Origin: Novakomyces olei
Lineage: Eukaryota
Length of the DNA stretch: 64,000 bases
Reading direction: 5' to 3'
Assembly (NCBI GenBank): GCA_016906335.1
Contig: JADEYG010000005.1
Location: 1-64,000, forward strand
Below are positions 32,130-44,325 of the stretch, in pieces. The translations under genes were made by a program, and so were the position numbers. The notes beneath the pieces were generated by a model that searched no databases, had not been told where the DNA came from, and was given only the letters and a program-made list of their open reading frames with translations. Within the stretch, counting starts at the first letter, position 1. Each line of letters starts with the position of its first letter.

Positions 32130-32948
32130 ATGGCGACTAGTCGTGACTGGTTCAGGGAAATTGAGTATGAAACCAGTGCAGAGTACTGGCCGGACCGGGG
32201 GTTTGCTTATTTAGTGTCCTCAGAAGGGGTGCCGTTTGCTGCTGTGCCGGTGCAGTTTGCTTGCGTGGGGTCGTACCCTGTCGACAAGGTTGCCTATCTA
32301 CTCCGGGTGCTGAGGGGCCTGATCAGCAATCTGCCTGCGAATGGACCTCTGCTTAAAGTTGGAGATAACTTCGTAGACGTTGAATCTGAGATTCGGCCCG
32401 TGGCTTACACTCTTCCTGAGCCCGTGCACGAAGCCATCGAGTTTTGTGCCGGACCACAAGGCAAATCATATTCAAAAAAGTTCCAAGATGCTGATGGATC
32501 GTCGACCGTAAGCCGCTCATCCCGCTCTTCTGCCCATCAAAGTGCATTTAGAGAAGATCTCTTTCTCCGAGACGGCATGTGTATCGTGACAGGAACAAGA
32601 TTTCGCAGTCGTGTCACAGCGGCTCACATAGTACCGATGAGCTTGGGCCAAAGTTTTCTCAACCAAGTTACGGGGGCTAGCGCATCGATCACACTGTTTA
32701 GCGAAAGAAATGGCTTTGTGCTCGAACGCAGTGTACACATGCTATACGACCGCTATAAATTGGGGTTCTACATTCAGGATGATGGGCAGATGATCGTTCA
32801 TTCGTTTTCCGATGATACCAAAATGTATCACGGTCAGGCGGCAAAAACAAGAGGATATGATGAAAATACACGTAGACCTGACGTGCGGCTTGTCAACTGG
32901 CACTACAATCAGTGTTTGATGGCGCGCTTTAGAGGCTTTAAGGTTTGA
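32130..32948 (+). CDS. HNH endonuclease (HNH_2-type) with N-terminal header domain, paralog 1
   Basis: RDGMCIVTG..AAHIVP..NGFVL...HMLYD and C-terminal NWHYNQCLMARFRG; intronless. Confidence 0.85.
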   Translation: MATSRDWFREIEYETSAEYWPDRGFAYLVSSEGVPFAAVPVQFACVGSYPVDKVAYLLRVLRGLISNLPANGPLLKVGDNFVDVESEIRPVAYTLPEPVHEAIEFCAGPQGKSYSKKFQDADGSSTVSRSSRSSAHQSAFREDLFLRDGMCIVTGTRFRSRVTAAHIVPMSLGQSFLNQVTGASASITLFSERNGFVLERSVHMLYDRYKLGFYIQDDGQMIVHSFSDDTKMYHGQAAKTRGYDENTRRPDVRLVNWHYNQCLMARFRGFKV

Positions 32949-33269
32949 GCTGTTAATAATGATTTAATTATGTCATCAAATGACACGGAGTTGCTTTAAT
33001 TAGTATAATTAAACGGGTTTAAACTTTACTAATCGATAATAACCTTACTCGGACTTGAACCGTAATTTTTGTTTTGTACATGTCGAGTCTGGCATCTCTT
33101 GCATCTCCATAGCGGCTTTCGTTAGCAAACGCTTCGACACGAACTCAAAGATGACATAAGGTAATAGCGGGGCATTCTCCATGAATATGTTTATGCGCGT
33201 AGTCCCAAAGAAGATATTGAACTGACTTTATATACTCAACATAATAACTTAACATAAACGTAATCATGT

Positions 33270-33589
33270 TCCGTGGACCGCGCCGAAACCTGACTTTGTC
33301 CGCGGTTGGATGGGTCAGTACATAGTCCCCCAAAAGCAATTGGTCGGTGGCTGCCCAAATTTACTCCTTCCTTTGCAGTTCAATATCCTTTGCATCGTTC
33401 TCAATCGCGCTTTCTACCACATATGTTAAGTACTGCACTGTCTTAACCCCCTCGCTGCCCGCCTTCTCCACCAAACCCAAAGTAACAGTAACAAACTGGA
33501 CACCTTCCGAGTCAACCACTCTCGCTATTCGCTATCGGAGGACCCCATTTCATTGCACTCGTCGTGTAGTCCAGACTATACGCCGCCAT
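33270..33589 (-). pseudogene. Header-domain-only paralog of the HNH family (not shown as such in the ORF track)
   Basis: Manual translation gives MAAYSLDYTTSA..[7-bp duplication ATAGCGA]..IARVVDSEGVQF..GSEGVKTVQYL..IELQRKE*..RFRRGP. This aligns with paralog 3 (LDYTTCA, VVDSEG, GSPNVRTVSYL, IELER, RFRPGP). No HNH motifs follow. Confidence 0.8.
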
Positions 33590-33656
33590 GCTTTGGTTCA
33601 AACCCTGTACGTTTCAAATATTATAGTTGTTAGAGGAACCGAAACTTATACTATGC

Positions 33657-33688
33657 TTAGGGTTTGTTAGGGTTTGTTAGGGTTAGTT
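33657..33688. repeat. Interstitial telomere-like tract (TTAGGGTTTG)2 TTAGGGTTAG TT
   Basis: 10-bp periodicity matching the chromosome-end repeat, with one mismatch in each of two units. Confidence 0.8.
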
Positions 33689-33857
33689 TGGTAAACATGC
33701 TTCGAATAGCCTACCTAAATATACTATCCGTCTCCACAATAGTAAATTAATAATTAATTTAGGAAACCCTGTCCTATTATACCACTTAAATTATTATACC
33801 ACATACATTCTTTCGCCTCGCGTTCATGCAGATTAAAACCATCTCTAGGCCATTCAG

Positions 33858-34676
33858 ATGGCAGAAAGACTTTATTGGTATAAGGACATTGAGTATGACA
33901 CTAGTACAGAGTACTGGCCCAATCAAGGGCTTGCATATATTGTGACTTCCCAAGGCGTTCCGTTTGCCGCCGTACCGGTCCAGTTTGTTTGCGCCGGTGA
34001 ATACCCAGTCAGCAAGATTGCCTATTTACACCGGGTGTTGAAGGGCTTGATCAGAAACTTGCCTGCGAATGGGCCTTTACTTCAACTTGATGGAACATAT
34101 GTGAACCCACAATGTGAAATTCGGGCCGCGACTTATACCCTCCCTGAACCTACCCACGATACCATTACGTTTTGTGCAGGGCCACAAGGCAAATCCTATT
34201 CAAGGAAGTTTCAAGATACTGATGGATTGTCGACCGTAAGTCGCTCATCCCGTTCATCTACTCATCAGAGTAGATTTCGAGAAGCGCTTTTTCTTCGGGA
34301 CGGTATGTGCATTGTAACGGGGATAAAATCTCTCGACCGTATCACCGCAGCTCATGTAGTTCCCATGAGTCTAGGCCAAAGCTTTCTCAGCCAAATCACA
34401 GGACGAAGTGCATTAATAACCTTGTACAGCGAAAGAAATGGTCTCGTACTGGAGCGCGGTATGCACATGCTGTACGACCGATATAAACTAGGATTCTATA
34501 TTCGGGACGATGGACAGATGATAGTTCACTCCTTTTCTGACGATGCTAAAATGTATCATGGTCGGCCGGTAATAACAAGGGAATATGATGAAGACACGCG
34601 GCGACCTGACGTGAGACTTATCAACTGGCATTACGATCAGTGTTTGATGGCGCGGTTTAGAGGGTTTAAGATTTGA
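33858..34676 (+). CDS. HNH endonuclease (HNH_2-type) with N-terminal header domain, paralog 2
   Basis: RDGMCIVTG..AAHVVP..NGLVL...HMLYD; colinear and highly similar to paralog 1. Confidence 0.85.
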   Translation: MAERLYWYKDIEYDTSTEYWPNQGLAYIVTSQGVPFAAVPVQFVCAGEYPVSKIAYLHRVLKGLIRNLPANGPLLQLDGTYVNPQCEIRAATYTLPEPTHDTITFCAGPQGKSYSRKFQDTDGLSTVSRSSRSSTHQSRFREALFLRDGMCIVTGIKSLDRITAAHVVPMSLGQSFLSQITGRSALITLYSERNGLVLERGMHMLYDRYKLGFYIRDDGQMIVHSFSDDAKMYHGRPVITREYDEDTRRPDVRLINWHYDQCLMARFRGFKI

Positions 34677-36788
34677 ATTGCTATGCCGTGTACCTGCTAT
34701 GATATGTTACTTGATGGTTTTAAGGTGTGACGTGATGAATTGCCGAAAATGATTTCTACCACTTCTGTTCTCCGTCTAATTCGGTTCAGTCAATTACCGC
34801 TATCAAACTCATATAATCTGAGCTCCTTTGGGTTTCTTCAATGACAAGGTATCAGAAAAGCGTATTCTTGTTCTTGAGATATCTCGGCGTACTTTGACTG
34901 CGTATATTCTTAATGTCACAATCTCTTTACCCCAGGCTTGTTTGTCGAAGTATTCATGAGATCACTAATAGTTGCGGTTTGTTACCTTTCCGAAATTAGG
35001 AACTTGAGCCACTTGTGACATTAAGGATTTATGATTTGTTTTGTGCAACACATGGTTTGTTTTGCAGCCATCTCTACTCAAAGTTTTGCCCAATTTTTCT
35101 TCCTTTCAATCTTTCACCTCCATTCCTTTCAGAACGCTGCCCAAGTGTCTAGGCCCTTTAGAAAGCCGATCTTTTCTTGGATAATAGCGGCTTACGCTCA
35201 ATCTGTCCAAGCTTCTTTGAAGTATTCAATCGAATCCAAACTGTTAGCAAAATATTAGAGGTGGACAGGAGAATTACTCCAAGGCCACTAAAGCAATAAT
35301 CCTCTTATTACTCCGGTGGCGGTCACAAGCTTGCAAAAATGCCGGATTTGTGTAGCGCCTGAAAAACATTTAAACGCTTTTCAAAGTTCGTTTGGATCAT
35401 ACTGATGGCTTCGTTGGCAGCAAGTCTTTCCAAAGTCAGACTCAGCAAGACGCTAAGCCTTAGCCCACACACTATGCTACGTTTATGACTCGCTAACTCA
35501 TCTGTCAAGGCTTTGTAAGTAATCTGAACTTTGCTTCCTACGCAAGCCTTACACTTATTCTTCCGCTTTTAGACAAAACCTATAAACTCGTACGCATCCA
35601 GTAGACCGCCGTATCCATCTAATCTTGCGTGCCCTCTATTGCTGTTATGTCTCTAGCCGCGCTTTTATGCTTAGCTTGACATCAATCTATAATCTACAAG
35701 CGCTCGTTTTTCGTTGCGCCCTAAAATAATTGTTACTCTCAATTTACATAGACCGGCTTTCTTTGCGTCTAGCAAGCCGCGAAATTTTAAAAACAATGAG
35801 TGCACTGTGGCATGCGGGATACACGAATGAAATTAGCCAAGGTAATGATCAGATTTTTGAAAAACATTGATGCCTTTTGTTCATGAAGAAACTTTGGCCA
35901 GCAATCAAAGTTCGTCGTTCCAGATGAGTATAAACACAAAGTAAAACAAGCGAATGAATCTACAAAGAAATTATATTTGTCTGATGTGGACTTGACTGAA
36001 ATTTCGGAATGTTCATTTTTGCACATTATCTGATTATCTGCGTATTCTTCAGTTATGCCCTATTATCGCTAACAATTGCATCAAAAGGAAATCTAAGATA
36101 AAATTACATCCTGCACCCAATAACTTCTTACATAGCTCAAAATTCAAGTATCTCCAAAATTAGTCATTTTATACAATTTATAATTATGCATTTACATGCC
36201 TACCCTTCTCGTGTAATTTATGATGCTTTTTTTGTAAAATGTTTTGTCTTCTCTACTTTTCTGCTCTTTTCGTCCCTCCCTACGCATCGACGACACAATT
36301 CTTAATTTCCAAGTTTTTATCTTATTTTTAAAATTTTCTATCTTACCGTGCTTCTGTTTATAATTTTCTTATAATTTTCATAAATCTTGTATTTTATTAT
36401 TCTTCTACTTTGTACCATATAATTGGTAATCGCCGAACCAACCACAAGGTTATAGACTTATAGCCAAATGTGGGTTTCAATATTTTTACAGGCAAAAATT
36501 TTTGAATCAAGTATATACTGATTTGTTTCTCTTTACCATGTATCAACTTTCACAATTAGCTGTAATTTTCTAATTTTACAAGCAAATACACTTTCTATTC
36601 AGCACGAACTTGAAAACGTACGAATGGCAAGACCTACTTACTTCATTGCACGCTCCGCACGCAGACTCTTCTCCCGGCCAATTCGACAAACATTATTTTT
36701 CATCATCCCCATATCATAATGAATATTTGTCTTTCAAAGACAACACATCCTACACAAAATATCACCGTCCGGTAACGTCATTCCTCTT

Positions 36789-38575
36789 TTAGGAATTCGT
36801 ATGTTGAAAGACTATCCGTGCCAGTTTTGGTCCAGGATAGTGTTTGCGCGCTCTTACAACCCACCACACCGTAGTGAGAAAGAAGCATCCACAGAAAATC
36901 ACGCTGTTGTAGTTCATATCGCTTACACTTGTGGGATTGACGTATGCTGCGTATAAATTAGCATGGCACATACATTCAAGATTTTCAGAAGCATACGGAA
37001 GCAGTACATGATGTTGAAGAAAATGATGAAAAGCACAGAGATGATGTTGACAGCCATGCCGTAACGTCCCAGCCATAAAGGGCCAGGCTGAATGTTTTTG
37101 CGACCAGAGAGAATGTGTGGAATTATGGCAAACGCGTAAGACGCCGTGGTGAATATTGCGAAAGCACCCACCAAATCGCTAAACGCCGTGCTACTTCCGC
37201 ACAAAATGGCACCAAAAGCGGTAACCCAAAAGGCTAAATCGATTAGCACTGTCAAATTGAATTACGTACCATAAAATAGAGTAGCGTTTACAGGACAGCT
37301 GAGGTCTTCATTAACGCGTGAAAAAAAGTTCGAAAAGGGAATGGCCTGGTCGCGCGCTAGAGACCAGACAATACGGGCATTCTAGAACAGTGAGCATATT
37401 AAAACTCTCTAGACGGCTGTACAAACACTTACAGAAATTAGTGATCCAATAATGCAAGTGTAGATACACAGAAACACAATGAAGAGCAATCCAAAAGCAC
37501 CACCCCTGCCAGCAGCTTGTTCGTAAACAATGGCAAGAGGAAATACAGTATCACCGGAAGCAACAGCAGAAAAGTCCGAAACAGAGTAAAAAGCAGCAAT
37601 TATAAAGACAAACGTTGTTAAGAAGCCGAGGCCAAGCTGGACAAGAACAACAAGCGGCATAGTCTTTTCAGGGTCTTCCAGCTCTTCCGACAAGTGCGAT
37701 GCAGCATCAGACGTGCCTATTGTAAATGCACCGTTGAGACAGCCGGTCAGAAAAGCTACACCACCCGACCATCCGGACGAGTTCTGCCATTCTGTCCAAA
37801 CAAACGAGTGGCTTGCAAGCTGCCTGGGCATAGTAAGGAGAACAATAAAAGTCACCACGACGCCGGCAACGATAAGAAATAAGCAGAGTTTATTTATTAG
37901 TGGCATCAAGTTGTTTCCAAAAACCACAATAGCCACCCCAATCCACAGCAGACCAATATAAACAATGTAGATTTGCCATTCTGCCTGGTTCGTGTTTGGG
38001 TTGTATATGAGATACATTTGATACAAAGAATTTGCAGCAATCTCAGTGATGGAACATAGCCCAAAAAAATATCCCCAAAAACTCATATATCCAGCATAAA
38101 ATCCACAGATGCGTCCCCATTTGGGTCCGCCTGCGATTGAGGCCCAGTGATAAATTCCGCCTGCTGTGGGAATAGCAGAGGCAAACTATTGCATAAGCAA
38201 TCAGACGCGAGTAAAAGAAGAAGCCTACCTCAGCAATCGAGAGCCCAATAAAAGTGTAGTAAAAGCAAGCAGTTATAAACTCATATATCACACCTGGAGG
38301 GCCGCCGTTGGCTATGAGATTAGCATACACGGTGCGGAAGCCTCTATAACCCAAAACCTACCGACAGCAATGCTGATGGAGCCACCCATGGCGGTCCAGG
38401 CATTGTCAATAATAAGAGCTAGCCCGCAGATGCTCAGAAAGGAATGATGCCGTTTCAATTGATCCTTGTAGCCGCTCGCGTTCACTAAATCCGTGCTTCC
38501 AAGCTCAGGCGAGTCCGCCTCGTGCCTTTGGGTTTTCATCTCCACGTCCGCGCCTTTGTAGGCCATTGCAGTCAT
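36789..38575 (-). CDS. APC-superfamily amino acid/choline/GABA permease (Hnm1/Uga4-like), multi-exon
   Basis: YKDQLKRHHSFLSICGLAL, NGGPPGVIYE, AGGIYHWAS, D.ASHLSEE, GPLWLGRYG..VN, MNYNSVI..G, YPGP. Many hydrophobic segments. Confidence 0.88.
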
Positions 38576-38665
38576 AGTATGTTTGCCGCACTGACTAGCC
38601 GTTTTCCTAGCACTTTTGCATCTTTCGGACGCTTTTTATTGAAATGACCCGCGCCGATAGCTCCA

Positions 38666-38679
38666 TCGGATGGGTCCGA
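38666..38679. promoter_or_regulatory. TCGG-N6-CCGA site (PPR1/UaY-type Zn2Cys6 consensus) upstream of the permease
   Basis: TCGGATGGGTCCGA about 90 bp upstream of the ATG at 38575. Confidence 0.45.
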
Positions 38680-40314
38680 TCCAGCGACTTGTCAGTTCAT
38701 ACTGAGTGAAATAACCGTATTGGGTAACTTTGGCCGACCTATTTTGCGGTAACGGATATCTCTTGGCCAATCAAGAACTAGGAATTAGAAATGACGGAAT
38801 TGGAATGGAGCAATGCCCTACGTGGGATTCCCAATACGTGGGAATAGTCTCTGATAACGAGTCTGATAACACTCGACAGCAGTGAGCAGCAGTTGCGAAC
38901 ACACCGGCAGTGCGGACAAGCAGGCGGCAGATAGAGAGATGTAGGAGAGTCTTGTGTGGCGGATGCAAGTGCTCAACGCGTGGTTTTCCTGCCACGAACC
39001 GGGGACCTTGACAACGACAAAGACCAAGGGCGTTATACCACTCATCCGGCAGTCTTTGTTTTCATTACACACACCATTGTCATGCTTGTAGCATACCTTA
39101 TCAGTAACACGGCGCCTGGGGGTTTTTGGGGTTTTTTTATAAGTTTAGTCTCCTATTAATGGTAAGCGGTCCCATGTCATATTCCCACATATATATTAAT
39201 TACTAATAAGACGAAAACAGTTTAATAGCGAATCTTGGAATACAGGCCAACGACTGAAACAAGGGAGGCTCTTTGATTTCCTGTGGGGCGGGTTCAAAAA
39301 GTCAGACATGAATCCGGAATCTGTTTAGTGATCTGAAATAAGGGGTGATTCACTGATAAGACAAACCTTATCTTTTAAATTACACTATACACATATAAAA
39401 GAAAGAAGAATGTATAGAATTTTTAATTAGTAATTAGTAATTAATAATTAACAATCAATAATCAATAATTAAAACATATACAATACATCAATAGGCCATC
39501 AGGCCTTAGATTGCGCATTACTATGCAAGAAAGCCCGCACAATAGAAATTTGTCCTTATGGTAAATTAGAAGGAGCCAAAACTAAAGGTAAAAAGAGGCT
39601 ACAGAGAAGTATATGTGTTGCCCAAAATTTGTGAGAGACCTTATAGTGCGGTGCTCTTCAGCGAGTACATAGCCGTAATCAAGTAACTGTATTCACGGTA
39701 TCTACCCGGTTCCTAGTAAAGCGTGAATCGTGGCCATAATCGTAGCGTCCACCCACGCATGTAAACGGCCGAGTAAAGCGCAAATTGCTCCCGGAAAAAG
39801 GTATGGGTCCAGTACCTTGGCCTGAGTCTAATAGCAATGACGAATGATTGCCTCCACCTTGATGGGACACGAGTCGTCATGTTTCGGCAGCAAGACACGG
39901 GTCCATTGATTCCATACAGTAAACACGTTTTATCTCATTCAATTCTGAAAGTGCGCAACCTACCATACTTTATTCTGTCATATTGGATTCCTCAGTACAC
40001 AAGTCTGCCATACATTATTCTCCTACATTCCCCTACCCTACATTCTAAAATAACCCTTAGTGAACTATTACTTGTACGAGTATATTATGAGCTAGAATTC
40101 CTTAACCCTAAGCTACCATTCATCTTTAGTATTAATTTCTATACATATCCCATTCACCAGCAAACATTCTGCACTGCAATTTAAGCAAACAAGTCGCACA
40201 ATTTTCGCGATAAAACAAATCAGTGTTGATGGTTGAGAAACCTTCCGAGTTTCAGCTGCAGCAGTCCAGCCTTGATTTAATTTGGAAATAGTGCTGTCGC
40301 GCTGTTCTGTCAAA

Positions 40315-41169
40315 ATGGCGAGGGAACTGGATTACACAACCTGCGCTGAAAGCTTAGAGTTATACCCTTTGCTTATTGTTGTGGATTCGGAAGGCGGTCT
40401 AATAGAACAGATTCCTTTTGTTTTTATCGACAGCTCTGGGTCGCCAAATGTGCGGACAGTGTCATATTTGCTACAGACATTGCTTAGCATTTTGCTGGTT
40501 GAGGACGGATCAATTGAGCTTGAGCGAGACGGTGTCACTTGCAAGGCTTGTGACCTTTTGCAACCCACAAAATACACGTTGATAACGCCGGCTGCGTACT
40601 CTCTACGCTTTCGGCCGGGACCTCAGGGCAAGTCTTTGTTCAAAACACTTCGTCCCAAAGAAGCGTCGTCCGAGTCAACGTACAGCAGGTCATCGCGGAG
40701 CTCTGCTAGGCAACAGCAATTTAGGCTTCAGACGCTAAGTCGCGACAATAGCCGGTGTTTGGTCAGCGGTGTCATTGGCTGGGATGATGTTGAAGCTTGC
40801 CATATTGTGCCGTACAGTCTCGGTCAAGAATTTCTCAATAAAGTTGCCAACAGCACTGAAAAAGTGGCTATTGGTCTTTATGGCGTTGTAAATTCTCTAA
40901 CACTTCGGAGAGATCTTCATCGCGCGTTCGATGATTACCGGTTTGGAATATGGTACGAAAATGGGCGTTATTATGCCCACTGCTTTGCGTCGTCTCAGTT
41001 CAATGAATTTCATGGTAGGGAAATTACTTGGCCCGATATCGTTCCGGATCGGTGGAAGCCAAGCCCTCAGTTATTAAATTGGCATTATACCCAGTGTTTG
41101 ATGGCTCGATTTCGAGGTTTTAAGGTTAACATGCCAAGGCCAGATGAGGCAGAGCTTGATGCTTTATAG
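40315..41169 (+). CDS. HNH endonuclease (HNH_2-type) with N-terminal header domain, paralog 3 (diverged)
   Basis: RDNSRCLVSG..EACHIVP..NSLTLRRDLHRAFD. Shares GPQGKS, SRSSRSS and NWHY.QCLMARFRGFK with paralogs 1 and 2. Confidence 0.85.
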   Translation: MARELDYTTCAESLELYPLLIVVDSEGGLIEQIPFVFIDSSGSPNVRTVSYLLQTLLSILLVEDGSIELERDGVTCKACDLLQPTKYTLITPAAYSLRFRPGPQGKSLFKTLRPKEASSESTYSRSSRSSARQQQFRLQTLSRDNSRCLVSGVIGWDDVEACHIVPYSLGQEFLNKVANSTEKVAIGLYGVVNSLTLRRDLHRAFDDYRFGIWYENGRYYAHCFASSQFNEFHGREITWPDIVPDRWKPSPQLLNWHYTQCLMARFRGFKVNMPRPDEAELDAL

Positions 41170-42573
41170 CATAGCTTACGATACAGTTATTTATGTCCAT
41201 TGGATTACTCCATGAGGTGGAAACACAAAAAACGTATTTTTCTAATCGGTTTTATGAATTTACGTTGCATGATATTGTGACTTGGTTTATCGTACAACTC
41301 TGTACATGTACATGAGCGATAGCCCCACTTCGTCGATTTGTGCCTATACGGAACCCTGAAATTCAGGACTTGAAAGAGAAGCCTTAATCAGTTGGTAAAG
41401 GAATCCTAAAACCTACACCAAAATGCTGCATTAATGAGTAAATTATCATAGCAGCATATTCCAGTCTGGCTGCTGTATGCTTTATCAGATGATCTGCAGG
41501 AATGTTAATTCTCCGGCAAAGTAGTCCTTTTCCTGTGGCTGTAAGAAAATTAACTCAGACCTTCTTCGGACTTCCATGATTTGTTTGCAATACTTTATGT
41601 TCAAAAATCTTCCAATTAAATTATGTTGTCTTGGGCTGTGAACTATTTATGGTAAACTGTTGCTAAATTTTCTATAAATATACACTGTGTCCAACAAAGA
41701 AGTTTTGTCGACCCGTTGCATTTGTCAATTCCATCTGCTTTGTCTACAATTTTCAAATTTTACAGATTTACAGGTTAGTATCATACTTTTGATCATATAT
41801 TGTTCAATTTTATTAGCTATGTCATGATTTTGGTGTTTTAATATCTGGTTTTAGGGCAAATCAAGATCTCATCTCCATAAGTTTGCTATATTAATTTATT
41901 GCGCGCTTTTGAACGATATTGAAACAAAATACAAGAACTACTGATATAGACAACTTAAAGGCTATATAGTACGCAGTAAACAGGACATAAGATTCTGATT
42001 TCTGGTGAATTGACTAATATTCTCTGACCTATTGATGGTGTCTGCTATCACAAGCCAATCTGAGGGCTAACTACCGTGAGCAATCAATAGACGAGGCTCA
42101 AAACTGCGCATTCTTTGTCCGAGAAAGCCCGGGCAAAAGAAAGTCCATATTATAGTGATAGTTATGGGTGAATTTCAATAAAATAGCGTATTCCGTCTGT
42201 ACACGGTTACTGAAATCTCGTCTACTAGGTGATGTTTTGGCCAAGAAAACGACTATTTCATCAACCCTGTATTTAACTTATCTAAGTATGAACGCTATTT
42301 AAAAATACCAGTTTGCTCAGCACTGCCTATCAAAATTAATAGACGAAATTAAAAAAATAGAAAAACCATAAATCCTTGATCAATGTTGCAAACTGCACCA
42401 AAGCAAATGGGTAGTGCTCTGTAATCAGAGAAAATCTAATATGTCTCTAGGCCCTGGTACAGCCACATATGGCTGAAATTATGCAAGTGGACTTAGTGCC
42501 AAATCCAGCCCCCTTGCCTCTACTGGTGCATAGCTTGGCCAGTACTGCACGAACCCAATGCCAATGTCCCGAA

Positions 42574-44325
42574 TTAAACGCAAGCTTGTCGCAAAGAATA
42601 TTTAGCGTATCTTTCGGCAGTGTGAGCGCGGAATGTTTTGCCCCATTTAAAGAAAATAATGACAGACATAAGGCAAAAACAGGCAATCAGTGATATTGCC
42701 AGAATAACATTTGAAATGCCGTTTGTGGCAAACCAGGGAGTAAGGGCAAAGACGAAGATAGTGCTGACGCAGTTGCGAACAAAAGTAACACCCACCAAAG
42801 CGTCACCGACGATCTGAAAAAGTTAGCATAGAAGTCATATTGAAAAATCTTGTAAAAGTCCGTTTGATAATATAAATATATATTTTAATTTCTGGCAAAT
42901 GCATACATTATTATAAGAGTCCGTGAGGTAAGTTAGCGCGAGAGTGTTGATAGCTACTGCACCCGCCCCGCAGGCCCCGATTCCAAGAGCCACGAGACCC
43001 CAGGACAGTCCACGCTCGATACTGTAGCCAAATAGTAGAGCACCGGCCAAGACAACAGGTACAAAAGGAAGAATGAGATAAAGTCGGGTCTCGGGCTCGT
43101 AGATTCCGTTGTTTCGACGAGCGATGCGCACGATTAGCGGATCAGAAATGTAGCCCACAAATATAGAGCCAATCGTGACGCCGATGAATTGTGGCAGATT
43201 CATAAGACCGATCTGGCCAGCCGAAAAATTGTAAGGGGGGAGAGTGAGCTGGCTGGACATTGTCGTGGTCAAAGAATTTTGCACTGCCAAAAGCACTCCG
43301 TACTGCACGGCGACAAAAACAATACCGGGGAACAGACCCAACAACAAGAATGGCTGGTAGATGTGGCGAGCAAAAGTTTTAAAGCCGCCGGGTGATGAAG
43401 CCGTAAGCGAAAGTCGCTCCCAGTAGGTCTTGACTGGTATATTAGGGTTAATGATGGGTCTCCCCTGAACTTGTGTGCGAGAGTCGTCCATGTCGACCTT
43501 GTCTTCATTTTGTACAGTTGTGTGCGGCACAGCAACCTTGCCCGTTGTGTCATCGCCGGCAGATTCGAGAACGCAAGGCGAATCGTTTGCTATTGCCGAG
43601 TCATTAAACAAAGGCACGTATTTCGTTTCCTCATACAAAAAGCAGAGGCCGACGAAAAGGCCTCCGAAGAGGATCGTGTTCCACCACCACACCCAGCGCC
43701 AGCCCTGGGAGTCTGTTACGTAGCCCGCGGCCAAAGGGCCCAGCGAAGCTCCAACCTGTGCAGACCAGCTGAATATAGCGTTAATAAAGCCACGCTGGTG
43801 TACGAAAAAGACATCCGCGACCGTCATTTGAACAACCACTTCGGACAAGGCGCCAAACAGACAGGAGAGAACGTTGACCATTATAATATCGACAGGTTTC
43901 TGCATTTTTGCGCTCCAGATGCTGACGCCAAAAGTCACCAGCGTGCTCAGGAGATAAAGTGGACGGCGACCAAATTTGAGGGCCAACGGCGTCAACAGAA
44001 TTGCTCCAAATGCGAGGCACCCGCAGCCGGTAGCGTAAGAGTCATTCAAAAGCTCCCAGCTAAACCCGAGCTGCTCGTTCATAGGGCCCCATGTTGGGGT
44101 CGCTGCGCACAGAAACTCGTTCACCAGCAGCGTCCACAGAGCAGTTAAGCCAAAGTTAAAGTACTTGCGCCACAGAGACCAGTTGAGAGGGTCGTTTGGG
44201 TCTTCGGTCGGCTGAGGATGGAGGATGATTTCATTGCTTTCGTCATTGATCTGCTCATTCAGCCATACAGTTCCTGGCGGCCAACTTTGCCTGTCAACTT
44301 CTTCCACTGAAGGTTCACGGTTCAT
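42574..44325 (-). CDS. MFS transporter, HOL1-like (DHA1-related), 2 exons
   Basis: PPGTV..IILHPQPTEDPNDPLNWS, KFGRRPLYL, DVFFVHQRG, WRWVWW, PPYNF, NGIYEPETRL; last exon VGVTFVRN. Confidence 0.88.

Noticed and set aside
33040-33070. GGTTCAAGTCC B-box-like motif on the minus strand, suggesting a tRNA
   Set aside because: No D-arm/A-box, anticodon arm or acceptor stem could be built.
34900-35620. Possible decayed coding sequence on the minus strand
   Set aside because: Multiple stops and no recognisable motif; cannot be assigned without a search.
39600-39915. GC-richer patch upstream of HNH paralog 3 as another family remnant
   Set aside because: Manual translation of the minus-strand frames showed no header or HNH motifs.
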